Counted from the first letter of the stretch, positions 29,586 through 39,134 are shown. The stretch is DNA of 64,000 nt from an uncultured virus (IMG/VR IMGVR_UViG_3300032294_002400) (IMGVR_UViG_3300032294_002400), one strand, 5' to 3'. Notes: generated by a model not told the origin, from the sequence alone. Made by a program: numbers and translations.

Positions 29586-30341
29586 ATGCAGCCTGACACG
29601 GTTATTAAATCTGCCGAGGCCTGGCTTGGTTTTACTACCGCCGGGCTCAACGGGCGCACTCCCTTTGGAGAGAAGTCTGGGTATGACGTAAACTGGGCGG
29701 GCGCGTTTATTGACACGATCTTTCACGACGCAGGCATGCGCATTCCTAGTTGCGTTTATTCTTCATCAGGCCTGGCGGAGTTTATAAAACAAGGACGGGT
29801 GAAAAATAAACCCCAGCCTGGCGACATAGTTTTCTTTGCGTTCCCAACGGGCGATAATTTTGGCGTTGGACATGTCGGCTTGGTAGCTGACACGTCACGG
29901 TACAAGACGGACGGCCTGGTAGGAACGATCGAAGCCCAGGTAAACAGCGGCCTGCCTAAGTCGGATCCCCACGTACGCGGTGTGTTTCGTAGAATTCGTA
30001 GCGGGCATGAGATCATCGCGTTTGCGAGACCAGACTTCAAAAAGAAAGGCCAGCCTGGAGCGCGTAAATTAGAAACGGATCAACGGGCAGGCTTGACGCT
30101 GATCAACATCAGGCCTGGCCGTCGAAATAAAAGCATAGGCCTGGTACAGGTTGCGCTCATGAAGGTGACGGGTAGCCTGGGGAAAATTACCGTAGACATG
30201 TTTGACGGGCAGACCCAGCACGCGTACGCGAGATGGCAACGCCAAATCGGGTACGCCAGCGATAGAGCTACAGGCGTGCCTGACGCAATTAGCTTACAAC
30301 TTCTTGGTGAGATTACGGGCGTCTTCAAGCTCGATGCCTAG
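29586..30341 (+). CDS. Endolysin-like protein: CHAP-like domain lacking catalytic Cys plus peptidoglycan-binding domain
   Basis: NWAGAF (cf. PWCAxF), PQPGDIVFF, GHVGLV, TIE; C-terminal VQ.AL...D..FD.QT..A...WQ. Confidence 0.7.
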   Translation: MQPDTVIKSAEAWLGFTTAGLNGRTPFGEKSGYDVNWAGAFIDTIFHDAGMRIPSCVYSSSGLAEFIKQGRVKNKPQPGDIVFFAFPTGDNFGVGHVGLVADTSRYKTDGLVGTIEAQVNSGLPKSDPHVRGVFRRIRSGHEIIAFARPDFKKKGQPGARKLETDQRAGLTLINIRPGRRNKSIGLVQVALMKVTGSLGKITVDMFDGQTQHAYARWQRQIGYASDRATGVPDAISLQLLGEITGVFKLDA

Positions 30342-30471
30342 GGGCATCCCACTTCCTAACGGGACCAGTACTAAGAAGTTAGCTGGCTAAAACTTTTTTC
30401 GATCTGCCTGACCAAAACGAAAGTTTCCTGTTATAATTGATTCAGCAGGACAAAAGGACGAAAGGAATTAC

Positions 30472-31122
30472 ATGCCGCAGTTGAAACACTTGGCTAGGTT
30501 TACAACTCCTGTAAACCTAAACGTAAACGACACTAAGGACACTCCCATCAATACTAAACAATACATAAGCGTTAACACCGCTGTCTATCACGTGTTAACT
30601 CATTCAACACAACCATTAAGCGTTATTGAAATTGCTGAGGCAGCCTCGCGACATGCAGGACGAGCCTTTGGTGAAATGCATGTACGCACTGAATTAAAAA
30701 CTCTTATGGATAAGAGACTTGTCTCCGCACGTAAGGAGACTCGTGAAGAGCAGCTCGTCCGTTCGGACGGCGGAAGGATGTCGTGGAACCCAGCAACTTT
30801 ATACTGGGCTCCTGCGGGTCCGGTTCCAACTCGTACGGTTGCCGAGGCAGTTGAAGGCGTGCGCCTTTTCTCTGACACAATTACTCCATCTCGCAAGATC
30901 TACAAGTACCCAACCAAGAAGGTTCAACGTGAACACCTTCAGGCCCAGCTTGTCGAGACCCAGCTTGTTGACGTAACCCCTATGCCTACAAGCTCGAATT
31001 CGGTAGTAGACTACCTAATCGAGAAGATGGTAGCGGAGCGCACGGCGGACATCCAAGCTCAATTGGATGCGGCCAACGCGAAGCTTGCCAAACTCCAGGA
31101 ACTTCTTAAGTCAGCTCTTTAA
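30472..31122 (+). CDS. Hypothetical protein, possible winged-helix
   Basis: PLSVIEIAE...VRTELKTL...LV; C-terminal coiled coil. Confidence 0.55.
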   Translation: MPQLKHLARFTTPVNLNVNDTKDTPINTKQYISVNTAVYHVLTHSTQPLSVIEIAEAASRHAGRAFGEMHVRTELKTLMDKRLVSARKETREEQLVRSDGGRMSWNPATLYWAPAGPVPTRTVAEAVEGVRLFSDTITPSRKIYKYPTKKVQREHLQAQLVETQLVDVTPMPTSSNSVVDYLIEKMVAERTADIQAQLDAANAKLAKLQELLKSAL

Positions 31123-31143
31123 CATCCGTTTATTGTCTCACCC

Positions 31144-31371
31144 ATGGTGAGCATTCAACTGTATGTGGTAGAGACCGCCGAACAGGCAAAGCAAGCTGAG
31201 TCCTTGGATCTCGCAGAATTCTTTGCGGATGATACGGTGTGTGAGAACTGTGATGTAGCTATAGGCTTCATCAACAACCGGTTCTCTCCCTGTGTCATCT
31301 GCGTCGAAGAAGAGGACGACATCTGGCTTGTCTGCATCGAATGTGCCGGTGGTGTTTTACTTACCGAATAA
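31144..31371 (+). CDS. Small Cys-rich protein
   Basis: Three CxxC motifs. Confidence 0.55.
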   Translation: MVSIQLYVVETAEQAKQAESLDLAEFFADDTVCENCDVAIGFINNRFSPCVICVEEEDDIWLVCIECAGGVLLTE

Positions 31372-31440
31372 ACCTGATATAATTAAACCATCATCGCAAC
31401 CGCGGTGGTAATGACAGAATGACGAAAGGGAAGTAACCAC

Positions 31441-31785
31441 ATGGTTAGCACCGTAATCACAGAGACGAAAGTCTCCACTGTAAAAAAGGTTACCGATAAG
31501 GTAGACCTTACCAACCAGGCTGCAGCCGCCGAAAAGGCATTGGCAGCATTCACATTCGCAAAGGATGCGATTAAGGCGTACGAAGAGAAGAAGGCGGAAG
31601 CAGAAGCTATCCTCCGCGAACTTCTAGGTGACGCGGATGTCGCAATCATTGGTGGTGTAGAGCGTTTCAAGCTTGCGCACTCAACTAATTCCAAGATCGA
31701 CCGTAAGGTCCTGCAGGAGCTCTTCCCAGAAGCTTTCGAAGCAACACTGGTCAAGACTCCATACACCTTCATCAAAACTATCTAA
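31441..31785 (+). CDS. Hypothetical protein
   Basis: Own promoter, leader and terminator. Confidence 0.7.
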   Translation: MVSTVITETKVSTVKKVTDKVDLTNQAAAAEKALAAFTFAKDAIKAYEEKKAEAEAILRELLGDADVAIIGGVERFKLAHSTNSKIDRKVLQELFPEAFEATLVKTPYTFIKTI

Positions 31786-31793
31786 TAGTTTAT

Positions 31794-31828
31794 AAAAGGA
31801 CCCCTGGCAAACGCCAGGGGTCTTTTTG
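31794..31828 (+). terminator. Intrinsic terminator
   Basis: GGACCCCTGGC-AAAC-GCCAGGGGTCTTTTT. Confidence 0.85.
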
Positions 31829-31899
31829 TTTGTTAGCCTGTTGTACTTTATAATAGAACCATGATACAATTGTACTATCAACACGACGGAAGGATTCAA

Positions 31900-32193
31900 A
31901 TGAACACCTGGCTTATCCAAACACAAAGCGTCTCACTAGACGCGGCAGTAAATACAGGGTCCGAATGGACCATCGCTGAGATTCGTAAGATGGAAGTTAT
32001 GAAAGCTTCCGGTAAGTCTATCAAGGACATTGCTAATGCCCTTGGTCGCTCATACTATTCAGTATCCACAAAGCTATTCAACTCTGGACTATCAAGTCAC
32101 AGAGTTACCAACAAGCCTGTTCAGACCCTCCACCCCGTGGTCTGTGGAAATTGTTTTACAATTCCATCAAAAACAGGTACATGTTACTGCTAA
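31900..32193 (+). CDS. HTH protein with C-terminal Zn ribbon
   Basis: WT..E.......GKSIKDIANALGRS; CxxC...CxC. Confidence 0.65.
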   Translation: MNTWLIQTQSVSLDAAVNTGSEWTIAEIRKMEVMKASGKSIKDIANALGRSYYSVSTKLFNSGLSSHRVTNKPVQTLHPVVCGNCFTIPSKTGTCYC

Positions 32194-32327
32194 ACCTGAT
32201 ATAATAGTACCATAACGATGAAGGGGCAGCCGCTGGTCACCTGAACGGCTTCAACTTGCAAGGGTCGGAAACAATACGGCGCCTTCATCGTTCTAAATTT
32301 AAAGACAAACGACGGAAGGACAGTTAA

Positions 32328-32573
32328 ATGGAAAAGCTTACATACGGCGACTACGTTAACTGGGTAGAGCCTAAGCAACCTGGCAACCACCGTTCTTGCG
32401 TCCAGTGCGGACGTAAGGTAGGAAAGAATTCCTACATGGTACCTATATCAAACTCAGGAGCTATCCTACGTTCAGAGAACGACGAAAACTCTCAAGGGCT
32501 TTGGCCGGTTGGCCGCGAGTGCGCGAAAGCTTTCGCACCTGATGTACTTTTTATCTCAAACATGATACTATAG
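32328..32573 (+). CDS. Small Zn-binding protein
   Basis: CxxCGR...PVGRECA. Confidence 0.6.
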   Translation: MEKLTYGDYVNWVEPKQPGNHRSCVQCGRKVGKNSYMVPISNSGAILRSENDENSQGLWPVGRECAKAFAPDVLFISNMIL

Positions 32574-32993
32574 TCCTATACACAATGACGGAAGGAAAAC
32601 ACATGAGTTCACTGCATAAGCTCAAGGTCGCAGACCTAGAGACCATAGACCACCTACGCGAGTGGGTTGACGAGCGACTGTACGGTTCAGTCGTAGTTAT
32701 CGATACGAATGGCGAGGTTGTCATTCGCACTGGACTAGGCATTGACCTGGGCAACTACCTCTACCCGCTGGATGAGGAGGAATGATGACTACCATCGACC
32801 AAACAGAGTTTTATTTCATCGAGGATGCACTGTTCGTGTGCTGCGATGAACATCAGTTCAAGTACCGTTGCAAGCGCCATGACGAGATGATGGGATGCCA
32901 GTTCTGTTCATTCGACCCTTATGGTCCCTGCGATTGTCCAGAATAACATCTACCTGATATAATAGTATTATACACAACGACGGAAGGAAACAC

Positions 32994-33227
32994 ATGAGTA
33001 CCAAAGCTGACATTCTAAAGCGCCTTGCAGAGCTTGGCGACAATGACATTGTTGCAGTTCCAGTTATTCGTACCAAAGCTGAGGCTGAGGATATCTACGA
33101 GTACTCTGAGAACAAATCAATTATTCTTACAGATTACGAGTGGCGTGATGTCGTAGCTGACTACGAGAACGCCGAATATTATGATGACGAAGCATTGGTT
33201 GAGTCTATCAAGATGGTTACGCAATAA
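32994..33227 (+). CDS. Hypothetical protein
   Basis: Own promoter and leader. Confidence 0.65.
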   Translation: MSTKADILKRLAELGDNDIVAVPVIRTKAEAEDIYEYSENKSIILTDYEWRDVVADYENAEYYDDEALVESIKMVTQ

Positions 33228-33275
33228 ACCTGATATAATAGTACTATACACACCCAAACGACGAAAGGATACACA

Positions 33276-33731
33276 ATGGCTGACAAAGACAAGGTTGTAG
33301 GCAAAGCCCTATACCTAGAATTCCGCGCAGGTATTTCAACATACCAGCTGCTGCTTACACCGGATGGAATCTCTTCCAATGGTCGCGCAGTACCCGCAAC
33401 AGTATACCGCCGACAGATTTCTAAATTGAAGCCTCGACGCGCATGGAAGACCTATTCTCTTCCTTCACTGCCAATCAACGCCTTCGGAACGTACGAAGTA
33501 GCTGACAAGGACAAGGCACTACAAACTGCTGACTCTCGAGTTGGCTACCTAGCAACTACGCTTTCACAGCTCAAGTCCTATAGCTACACGCTCTACAAGC
33601 AACCTCTTCTCATTGAGGTATCGCAAGAAGATCTTGAGTCAATTCGTCTATCAAAGACTCCTTACAAGATTCTTGGACGTATCACCAGAGTGCGCCGCAC
33701 TCTTGGTTTCGGCGAATTCATCGTAGACTAA
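33276..33731 (+). CDS. Hypothetical protein
   Basis: Own promoter and leader. Confidence 0.7.
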   Translation: MADKDKVVGKALYLEFRAGISTYQLLLTPDGISSNGRAVPATVYRRQISKLKPRRAWKTYSLPSLPINAFGTYEVADKDKALQTADSRVGYLATTLSQLKSYSYTLYKQPLLIEVSQEDLESIRLSKTPYKILGRITRVRRTLGFGEFIVD

Positions 33732-33762
33732 TACCCACACCCAAACGACAAAGGACAAACAA

Positions 33763-34764
33763 ATGACTGCAACAATTGAAACAATGAAGGAAACCTTCGA
33801 GGCTCTGTCTCCAGACCTTGTTATTTCCACTACACTAGTTGATGCTCTTATCCAGAGCATTCATCCAGAGACATCTTCATCTCTAGACTCACAGGTTCTC
33901 GCTCAGGGTAAAGTAAACGCACGACCAACCCCTAAAGCAAAGGTTATCCCTGTGGTATCAGCAGATGCACTTGTAGGCGACACCGTCTACACTCGTCCTA
34001 ATGGCGAGCAATACCATTCACGCAAGTGGGGAGAGCATGACGATGTTATGGTTCTTCGCAAGGCGCGTATGGACCAGCAATTCATTCTTCTCTATGGAGC
34101 TCCAGGTTGCGGAAAGACTGCACTTGTAGAAGCTGCATTCGAAAAGCTCTACACAATCATGGGAACAGGCGATACAGAACTTGCCGACTTCATTGGTGGC
34201 TACGTACAAACTCCAACAGGAGGATTCGTCTGGGAAGATGGTCCACTTGTAAAAGCTGCAGAGCAGGGTGTACCTCTACTAATCGATGAGATTGGTCTTA
34301 TTGATCCTAAGGTTCTTTCAGGAGTCTACGGACTTATGGATGGACGTAAGGAACTAACAATCACTGCAAACCCAGAGCGCGGAACTGTAAAAGCAAAAGA
34401 TGGGTTCTACGTCATTGCTGCTACTAATCCAAATGCACCTGGAGTTCGCTTATCAGAAGCGTTGCTATCTCGCTTCATCGTTCAAACAGAGATGACCACA
34501 GACTGGTCACTCGCTAAAAAGCTTGGCGCATCTACACAGATCGTCACAGTTGCACAGAACATCAATCGTCGCCAGGCATCTGGCGAGTGTGGTTGGTGCC
34601 CACAGATGCGTGAACTCTTAGCGTTCCGCGACATCTCTAAATCGTTCGGCACAAAGTTCGCTATCGCGAACTTAATCGCTTGCGCTCCAGAGCTCGACCG
34701 CCCCGTCGTTGCGGACGTCCTCACACGAGTGTACGGCGAGGAATGCCGACCAGCCAAGATCTAA
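33763..34764 (+). CDS. MoxR/CbbQ/CobS-like AAA+ ATPase
   Basis: GAPGCGKT, LLIDEI, AATNP, ALLSRF. Confidence 0.9.
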   Translation: MTATIETMKETFEALSPDLVISTTLVDALIQSIHPETSSSLDSQVLAQGKVNARPTPKAKVIPVVSADALVGDTVYTRPNGEQYHSRKWGEHDDVMVLRKARMDQQFILLYGAPGCGKTALVEAAFEKLYTIMGTGDTELADFIGGYVQTPTGGFVWEDGPLVKAAEQGVPLLIDEIGLIDPKVLSGVYGLMDGRKELTITANPERGTVKAKDGFYVIAATNPNAPGVRLSEALLSRFIVQTEMTTDWSLAKKLGASTQIVTVAQNINRRQASGECGWCPQMRELLAFRDISKSFGTKFAIANLIACAPELDRPVVADVLTRVYGEECRPAKI

Positions 34765-34781
34765 TTCCCCTTGGCGTAGGG

Positions 34782-34817
34782 AAGGGAACTCCAGATGGGT
34801 GTCTGGAGTTTCCTTTT
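34782..34817 (+). terminator. Intrinsic terminator
   Basis: GGGAACTCCAGAT-GGGT-GTCTGGAGTTTCCTTTT. Confidence 0.75.
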
Positions 34818-34867
34818 CCCCACTTACCTGATATAATAGTACTATTCAAATGACGGAAGGATAGAAC

Positions 34868-36661
34868 ATGGCACACCTAAAGGTTTCAAAGACTCGTGCG
34901 GAGCAGACTCCAACCGAGTGGCTAAAGGTCGGAGCTCAGCTCGGCGAGCTAGTCAACACCTGGGCAGGACGCTCAGACATCGTTGCCTACGTTGGCCCAG
35001 GCGCTGGCAGCTCAGCACCTGCTTGTTTCAACCCACCAATGGCTGAGGTTGAGGTAGACGTTGCTATTGCGTTCGGCGCAGGAGTAACTCCAGAGACGAT
35101 TGGCGACATTCGCAATCGCACAACACAATTCGATTTCCCACGAGCATCCGGTGCAATCTTCCACGAGGCACTCCATGCTCGTTACTCACGCTACGACTTA
35201 CTAAAAGCTATCGAAGATCTTTCAAAGAACGAGATGATGGCGCTTACGATTCTTGAAGAGACTCGTATCGAAGCTCTCGGTGTAGAAAACTTCCCAGCCA
35301 ATCGAGTATTCCTACGCGCTTGCGCAATGGACATCATCCTTGATGATATTCGTGAAAACTTGGAAAAGAACACCACAACTCGCGCAATGGCGCAGTTGGC
35401 AGCTCTAGTCTGTGCTCGCATTGATGCGGGGTCTCTAGACCCAGAAGATGCTCTAGACGTTCAAGGTATGGTTTCAGATTGGTTCGGCGCAGAACGCTAC
35501 GCACAACTTCGTGACATCTGGCTTCGATTCCAAAAGTACGAAGGTCACTTTAATGCTCTACCACTCTATGATCTTGCTCGCGAGTGGGAAGCAGTCATCA
35601 AGGACGTTTCAGACGAGAATGGCGAGACTGAAGGTGAAGAGATGATGGCTGCCGCTATGGCAGGTATCATTGCAGACATCATCGAGTCTCTCGAAGAAGC
35701 CGCGGAAGACATTGCAATTGCAATTGGCGACGAAGCTCAAGAACAAGAGCAAAAAGAAGAGTGGAAAGAAGTTGTCGACATTCGTGGGAAAGCTGCCAAG
35801 CAGCAAAAAGACCATGAAAAGATTTCCGAGGAAGTCTTTAACAAGTCTACAGGCGAAGCAGGCAATGGCAGCTACTCACGCATCAAGGAGACTCGTGCAC
35901 CATCTGGCCCAGAGCGTGCGGCAGCAGTCAAGATTGCAAACATGCTTGAGCGCGCAAAGTATCGTGAGCGCGATGAGAAGGAAGTAACTTCAATTCTTCC
36001 TCCAGGACGTCTACGTACTCGCGCGATGCTTCAAGAAGCTGCGTATCAAGCAAGAGGTTCGATGATGCACGCAGAGCCATGGAAGCGTACAGTGCGCAAG
36101 CACACCGACGACCCAACGCTCAACGTTGGAGTTATGGTTGACATCTCTGGCTCAATGGCAGATGCAATGCAGCCAATGGCAGTTACCGCTTGGGCAATGT
36201 CAGAAGCTGTGCGACGTGTTCAAGGACGTTGCGCCATGGTCTACTACGGTTCAGGTGTATTCCCTACACTCAAGCCAGGTCAGCATCTTTCAGAGGTCAA
36301 CGTATACTCTGCTCCTGATGGAACTGAAAAGTTCGATAAGGCATTCAAGGCACTCGATGGTTCTCTAAATCTTCTTAATGGAACTGGCGCTCGTCTACTC
36401 GTAGTTGTTAGCGATGGTTGCTACACTCCAGAAGAGACTGAGAAAGCTAAAAAGTGGATTCAGGAATGTGAAAAGAACGGAGTCGCAGTCTTGTGGATTC
36501 CTTTCGCTCACTCTTATCAACTTGCGTACGTTCGCGAGATTGTTAAGGGAACATCAGTTGCTCTTCTACAAGATGTAACAGATCCAGCAGACGCTGCTCT
36601 TCAAATCGGAAAAGCTGCGGCAGACGCTCTAACAAAGATTGGCGCACGTAACGCTGCGTAA
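34868..36661 (+). CDS. CobT-like protein: HExxH metallopeptidase-like domain plus vWA domain
   Basis: FHEALH...LEETRIE; MIDAS DISGSM, T, VSDG. Confidence 0.85.
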   Translation: MAHLKVSKTRAEQTPTEWLKVGAQLGELVNTWAGRSDIVAYVGPGAGSSAPACFNPPMAEVEVDVAIAFGAGVTPETIGDIRNRTTQFDFPRASGAIFHEALHARYSRYDLLKAIEDLSKNEMMALTILEETRIEALGVENFPANRVFLRACAMDIILDDIRENLEKNTTTRAMAQLAALVCARIDAGSLDPEDALDVQGMVSDWFGAERYAQLRDIWLRFQKYEGHFNALPLYDLAREWEAVIKDVSDENGETEGEEMMAAAMAGIIADIIESLEEAAEDIAIAIGDEAQEQEQKEEWKEVVDIRGKAAKQQKDHEKISEEVFNKSTGEAGNGSYSRIKETRAPSGPERAAAVKIANMLERAKYRERDEKEVTSILPPGRLRTRAMLQEAAYQARGSMMHAEPWKRTVRKHTDDPTLNVGVMVDISGSMADAMQPMAVTAWAMSEAVRRVQGRCAMVYYGSGVFPTLKPGQHLSEVNVYSAPDGTEKFDKAFKALDGSLNLLNGTGARLLVVVSDGCYTPEETEKAKKWIQECEKNGVAVLWIPFAHSYQLAYVREIVKGTSVALLQDVTDPADAALQIGKAAADALTKIGARNAA

Positions 36662-36667
36662 CAAGCT

Positions 36668-36719
36668 CCGGTGTGGGTAGACCTTCCGTCAGATTACTCT
36701 ACCTGCACCGGTTATTCTT
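36668..36719 (+). terminator. 14-bp hairpin with 16-nt loop (terminator and/or regulatory RNA)
   Basis: CCGGTGTGGGTAGA / TCTACCTGCACCGG followed by TTATTCTT. Confidence 0.65.
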
Positions 36720-36750
36720 AATCAATCAACGAACGACGAAAGAGGAAAAG

Positions 36751-37668
36751 ATGAAAACCAAAGTACTACTGATTGCGGCAGCCTTAGGGTTATCGCTACT
36801 TACAACTCCGGCGCATGCGACAGGCGACAAAACTCTTGTCATCATCGACTCCGGTATCAACACAAAACTCGATTGGGCTAAGGCTGCAATCGTAGAGGAA
36901 GCTTGCTTCATCGAGTTCGGCAGATGTCCTAATGGACAAGCAAGCATGGTCGGTCCTGGTGCGGCTCACCTAGACCCAGCGCTTGTCAAAGACAGAGCAC
37001 TCAGCCACGGAACACAGATGGCTTCAGTGGCGGTAGCTACTAATCCAAATGTAAAGATTGTGTTCGTTCGTATCGTTGGCATGTCTGCTAAAGGCTTTGC
37101 CAATTCATACACAACTCGCGGTCTTGCAACAGCAATGGACTGGGTTTCAGCTAACGCGCAACGACTTAACGTTGGTGCGGTTTCGATTTCCTTAGGACGA
37201 GCGTATTCAGAAGCTTCGTGTCCGATTGCGGCAGAGCCTCGACTACAATCTCAAATCGTTGGGCTTGCCTCAATGAACGTAGCAACAGTAATTGCTGCGG
37301 GCAATAACTCTAATCAAACTAAGATTAACTATCCAGCCTGCATCCCTCAAGCGATTTCGGTAGGAGCTACGGATCGTCCGTACACGGTCAAGCAAGTTCA
37401 AGGCACGGTCTATCCCATCATGTTGATTTCCAACGGTGGACCTGACCTCGACCTCGTAGCCTTAGGGCGTTACACCGTAACGGACCTTAACGGCGTCAGA
37501 GCAGTCAGCCTTGGTACATCCAACGCGAACACTGCGGTGGCAACCAGACTGGCTCAGAGCCTCTCAGACGGGTCAACCCTGGCGTCGGTAATGGAAAGGG
37601 TTAACGGGTCTCTCCAGAACGCGTACCGAACCGTGACCGATTTCGTAAAAAAGTTCTACCAAACCTGA
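36751..37668 (+). CDS. Secreted subtilisin-like serine protease (S8)
   Basis: Signal peptide; IIDSG, SHGT, AAGN, GTS catalytic motifs. Confidence 0.85.
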   Translation: MKTKVLLIAAALGLSLLTTPAHATGDKTLVIIDSGINTKLDWAKAAIVEEACFIEFGRCPNGQASMVGPGAAHLDPALVKDRALSHGTQMASVAVATNPNVKIVFVRIVGMSAKGFANSYTTRGLATAMDWVSANAQRLNVGAVSISLGRAYSEASCPIAAEPRLQSQIVGLASMNVATVIAAGNNSNQTKINYPACIPQAISVGATDRPYTVKQVQGTVYPIMLISNGGPDLDLVALGRYTVTDLNGVRAVSLGTSNANTAVATRLAQSLSDGSTLASVMERVNGSLQNAYRTVTDFVKKFYQT

Positions 37669-37765
37669 TATAATAGTACTACGCAGCCAGCGGACATGAA
37701 ACCGTAGGCGAGAGTCTACCAGACTTTCTTCCGCTGGCTGCCCACCAAATGACGAAAGGACGAGC

Positions 37766-38002
37766 ATGAAAGACATCTACGTAGCCCATGAAGGCATGGA
37801 CACGTTTTTTACCATGTCCGATACGGGATACATCTTCTCAGGCGCGGACGTCGAACAAGACCCAGAGCTAACCGAGGACTTAGAGAACGGATACTGTCGT
37901 TCGTCTTGCGAACAGGTTGGGTATGTGATTACCCCAGGACTGGCGCAGATGTTTTATGAGCTGGCCAAAAGCTACTGGGACTATGAGAATTCTAAAGGGT
38001 AG
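37766..38002 (+). CDS. Hypothetical protein
   Basis: Leader motif upstream. Confidence 0.6.
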   Translation: MKDIYVAHEGMDTFFTMSDTGYIFSGADVEQDPELTEDLENGYCRSSCEQVGYVITPGLAQMFYELAKSYWDYENSKG

Positions 38003-38065
38003 TTTACTTTATAATAGAACCATGATACAATTATCTTATTAACACACTAACAGATTGGAAATCAA

Positions 38066-38287
38066 ATGGCTAACAAGAACAACGCAGTTGCGAACGAGAT
38101 CGTTGAATGGTTCGAAAACTACGCATCAGTATACGAGTTTGATACTCGAATTCAATTCGAGGACTTCTCACTCGAGGACATGAAGTCATGTGACCTCGAG
38201 TCAGTATGGGCAATCGTTGGCCCAAAGGTTAAGGAACTGGTTGGCCAGTACCTTGAAGGTGGAATAGAAGACCACGACGACGAATAA
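38066..38287 (+). CDS. Acidic hypothetical protein
   Basis: Own promoter, AGATTGGAA leader, terminator 38297-38325. Confidence 0.65.
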   Translation: MANKNNAVANEIVEWFENYASVYEFDTRIQFEDFSLEDMKSCDLESVWAIVGPKVKELVGQYLEGGIEDHDDE

Positions 38288-38399
38288 GAGTGATTCAGGG
38301 TGGGCGCTAATAAAGCGTCCACCTTGTTTACTTTCTATTATAAACATGATACAATTATACTATTAACCACAAGGGTTAGTATTTAGATTGGAACCTTAA

Positions 38400-38828
38400 A
38401 TGTACCCAACATATGAAGAAATCAAGAAGGTCTCTCAAGACACCACTCTCACACCTTCTCAAAAGATGCATGAAATCTTCAAAAACTCAAAGACAGAACC
38501 ACTAAGCAAGTGGCTAGAGCAGAGCATCTTCAAAACCCACCCAATTGATCCATCACTTAAGATAGACCAAGCAGAGGTTGTTGAAGTAAATGCAGATGGT
38601 CAGACTTTAGTATTCAGATACCCAGATAACACCTACTACTATGTTGATGCGGGTATGTACACTAAGATTGATGATGTAGACCACATAGCATATGATCTTA
38701 TTCAAGGTAATGATAGTTATTTTGAAGACCTCTTGATGACAGATGACTCTCCTCTAGTTTTCTATAGAGGATTCTGGGTTGATGAAGACCTTCAAAAGTT
38801 CTTCATCAACTCATACCCAGAAGAATAA
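38400..38828 (+). CDS. Hypothetical protein (CpG-depleted)
   Basis: Own promoter, AGATTGGAA leader, hairpin 38839-38865. Confidence 0.7.
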   Translation: MYPTYEEIKKVSQDTTLTPSQKMHEIFKNSKTEPLSKWLEQSIFKTHPIDPSLKIDQAEVVEVNADGQTLVFRYPDNTYYYVDAGMYTKIDDVDHIAYDLIQGNDSYFEDLLMTDDSPLVFYRGFWVDEDLQKFFINSYPEE

Positions 38829-38933
38829 TTTCAGTTGCGGTAACCCTCTCCCCCTAGAGGGTTACCTTCAATTGTTTACTTTATAATAGATTCATGTTAT
38901 AATTAAACCATACCAACGACGGAAGGATAGAAC

Positions 38934-39134
38934 ATGTCAAACGAAGAAGACGTAGTTATCTACGACTCAAGCCTAACCCTTGAGCAACTCAAAGGTTATT
39001 GGAACTACATGCGGGACGAAGAAGTAGACGAAGAGATTACCTTCACCCAAGAAGAAATTGATCAACTTGCCAATGACGTGAATGATGCGATTCAAGCAGT
39101 CATTGAAGACTTTCTAAATCACAGGGACAACTAA
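38934..39134 (+). CDS. Acidic hypothetical protein
   Basis: Promoter and leader cassette. Confidence 0.65.
   Translation: MSNEEDVVIYDSSLTLEQLKGYWNYMRDEEVDEEITFTQEEIDQLANDVNDAIQAVIEDFLNHRDN

Noticed and set aside
33763..36661. Cobalamin biosynthesis (cobS/cobT) auxiliary pathway
   Set aside because: No cobN or other cob genes; the motifs support only a generic MoxR-vWA pair
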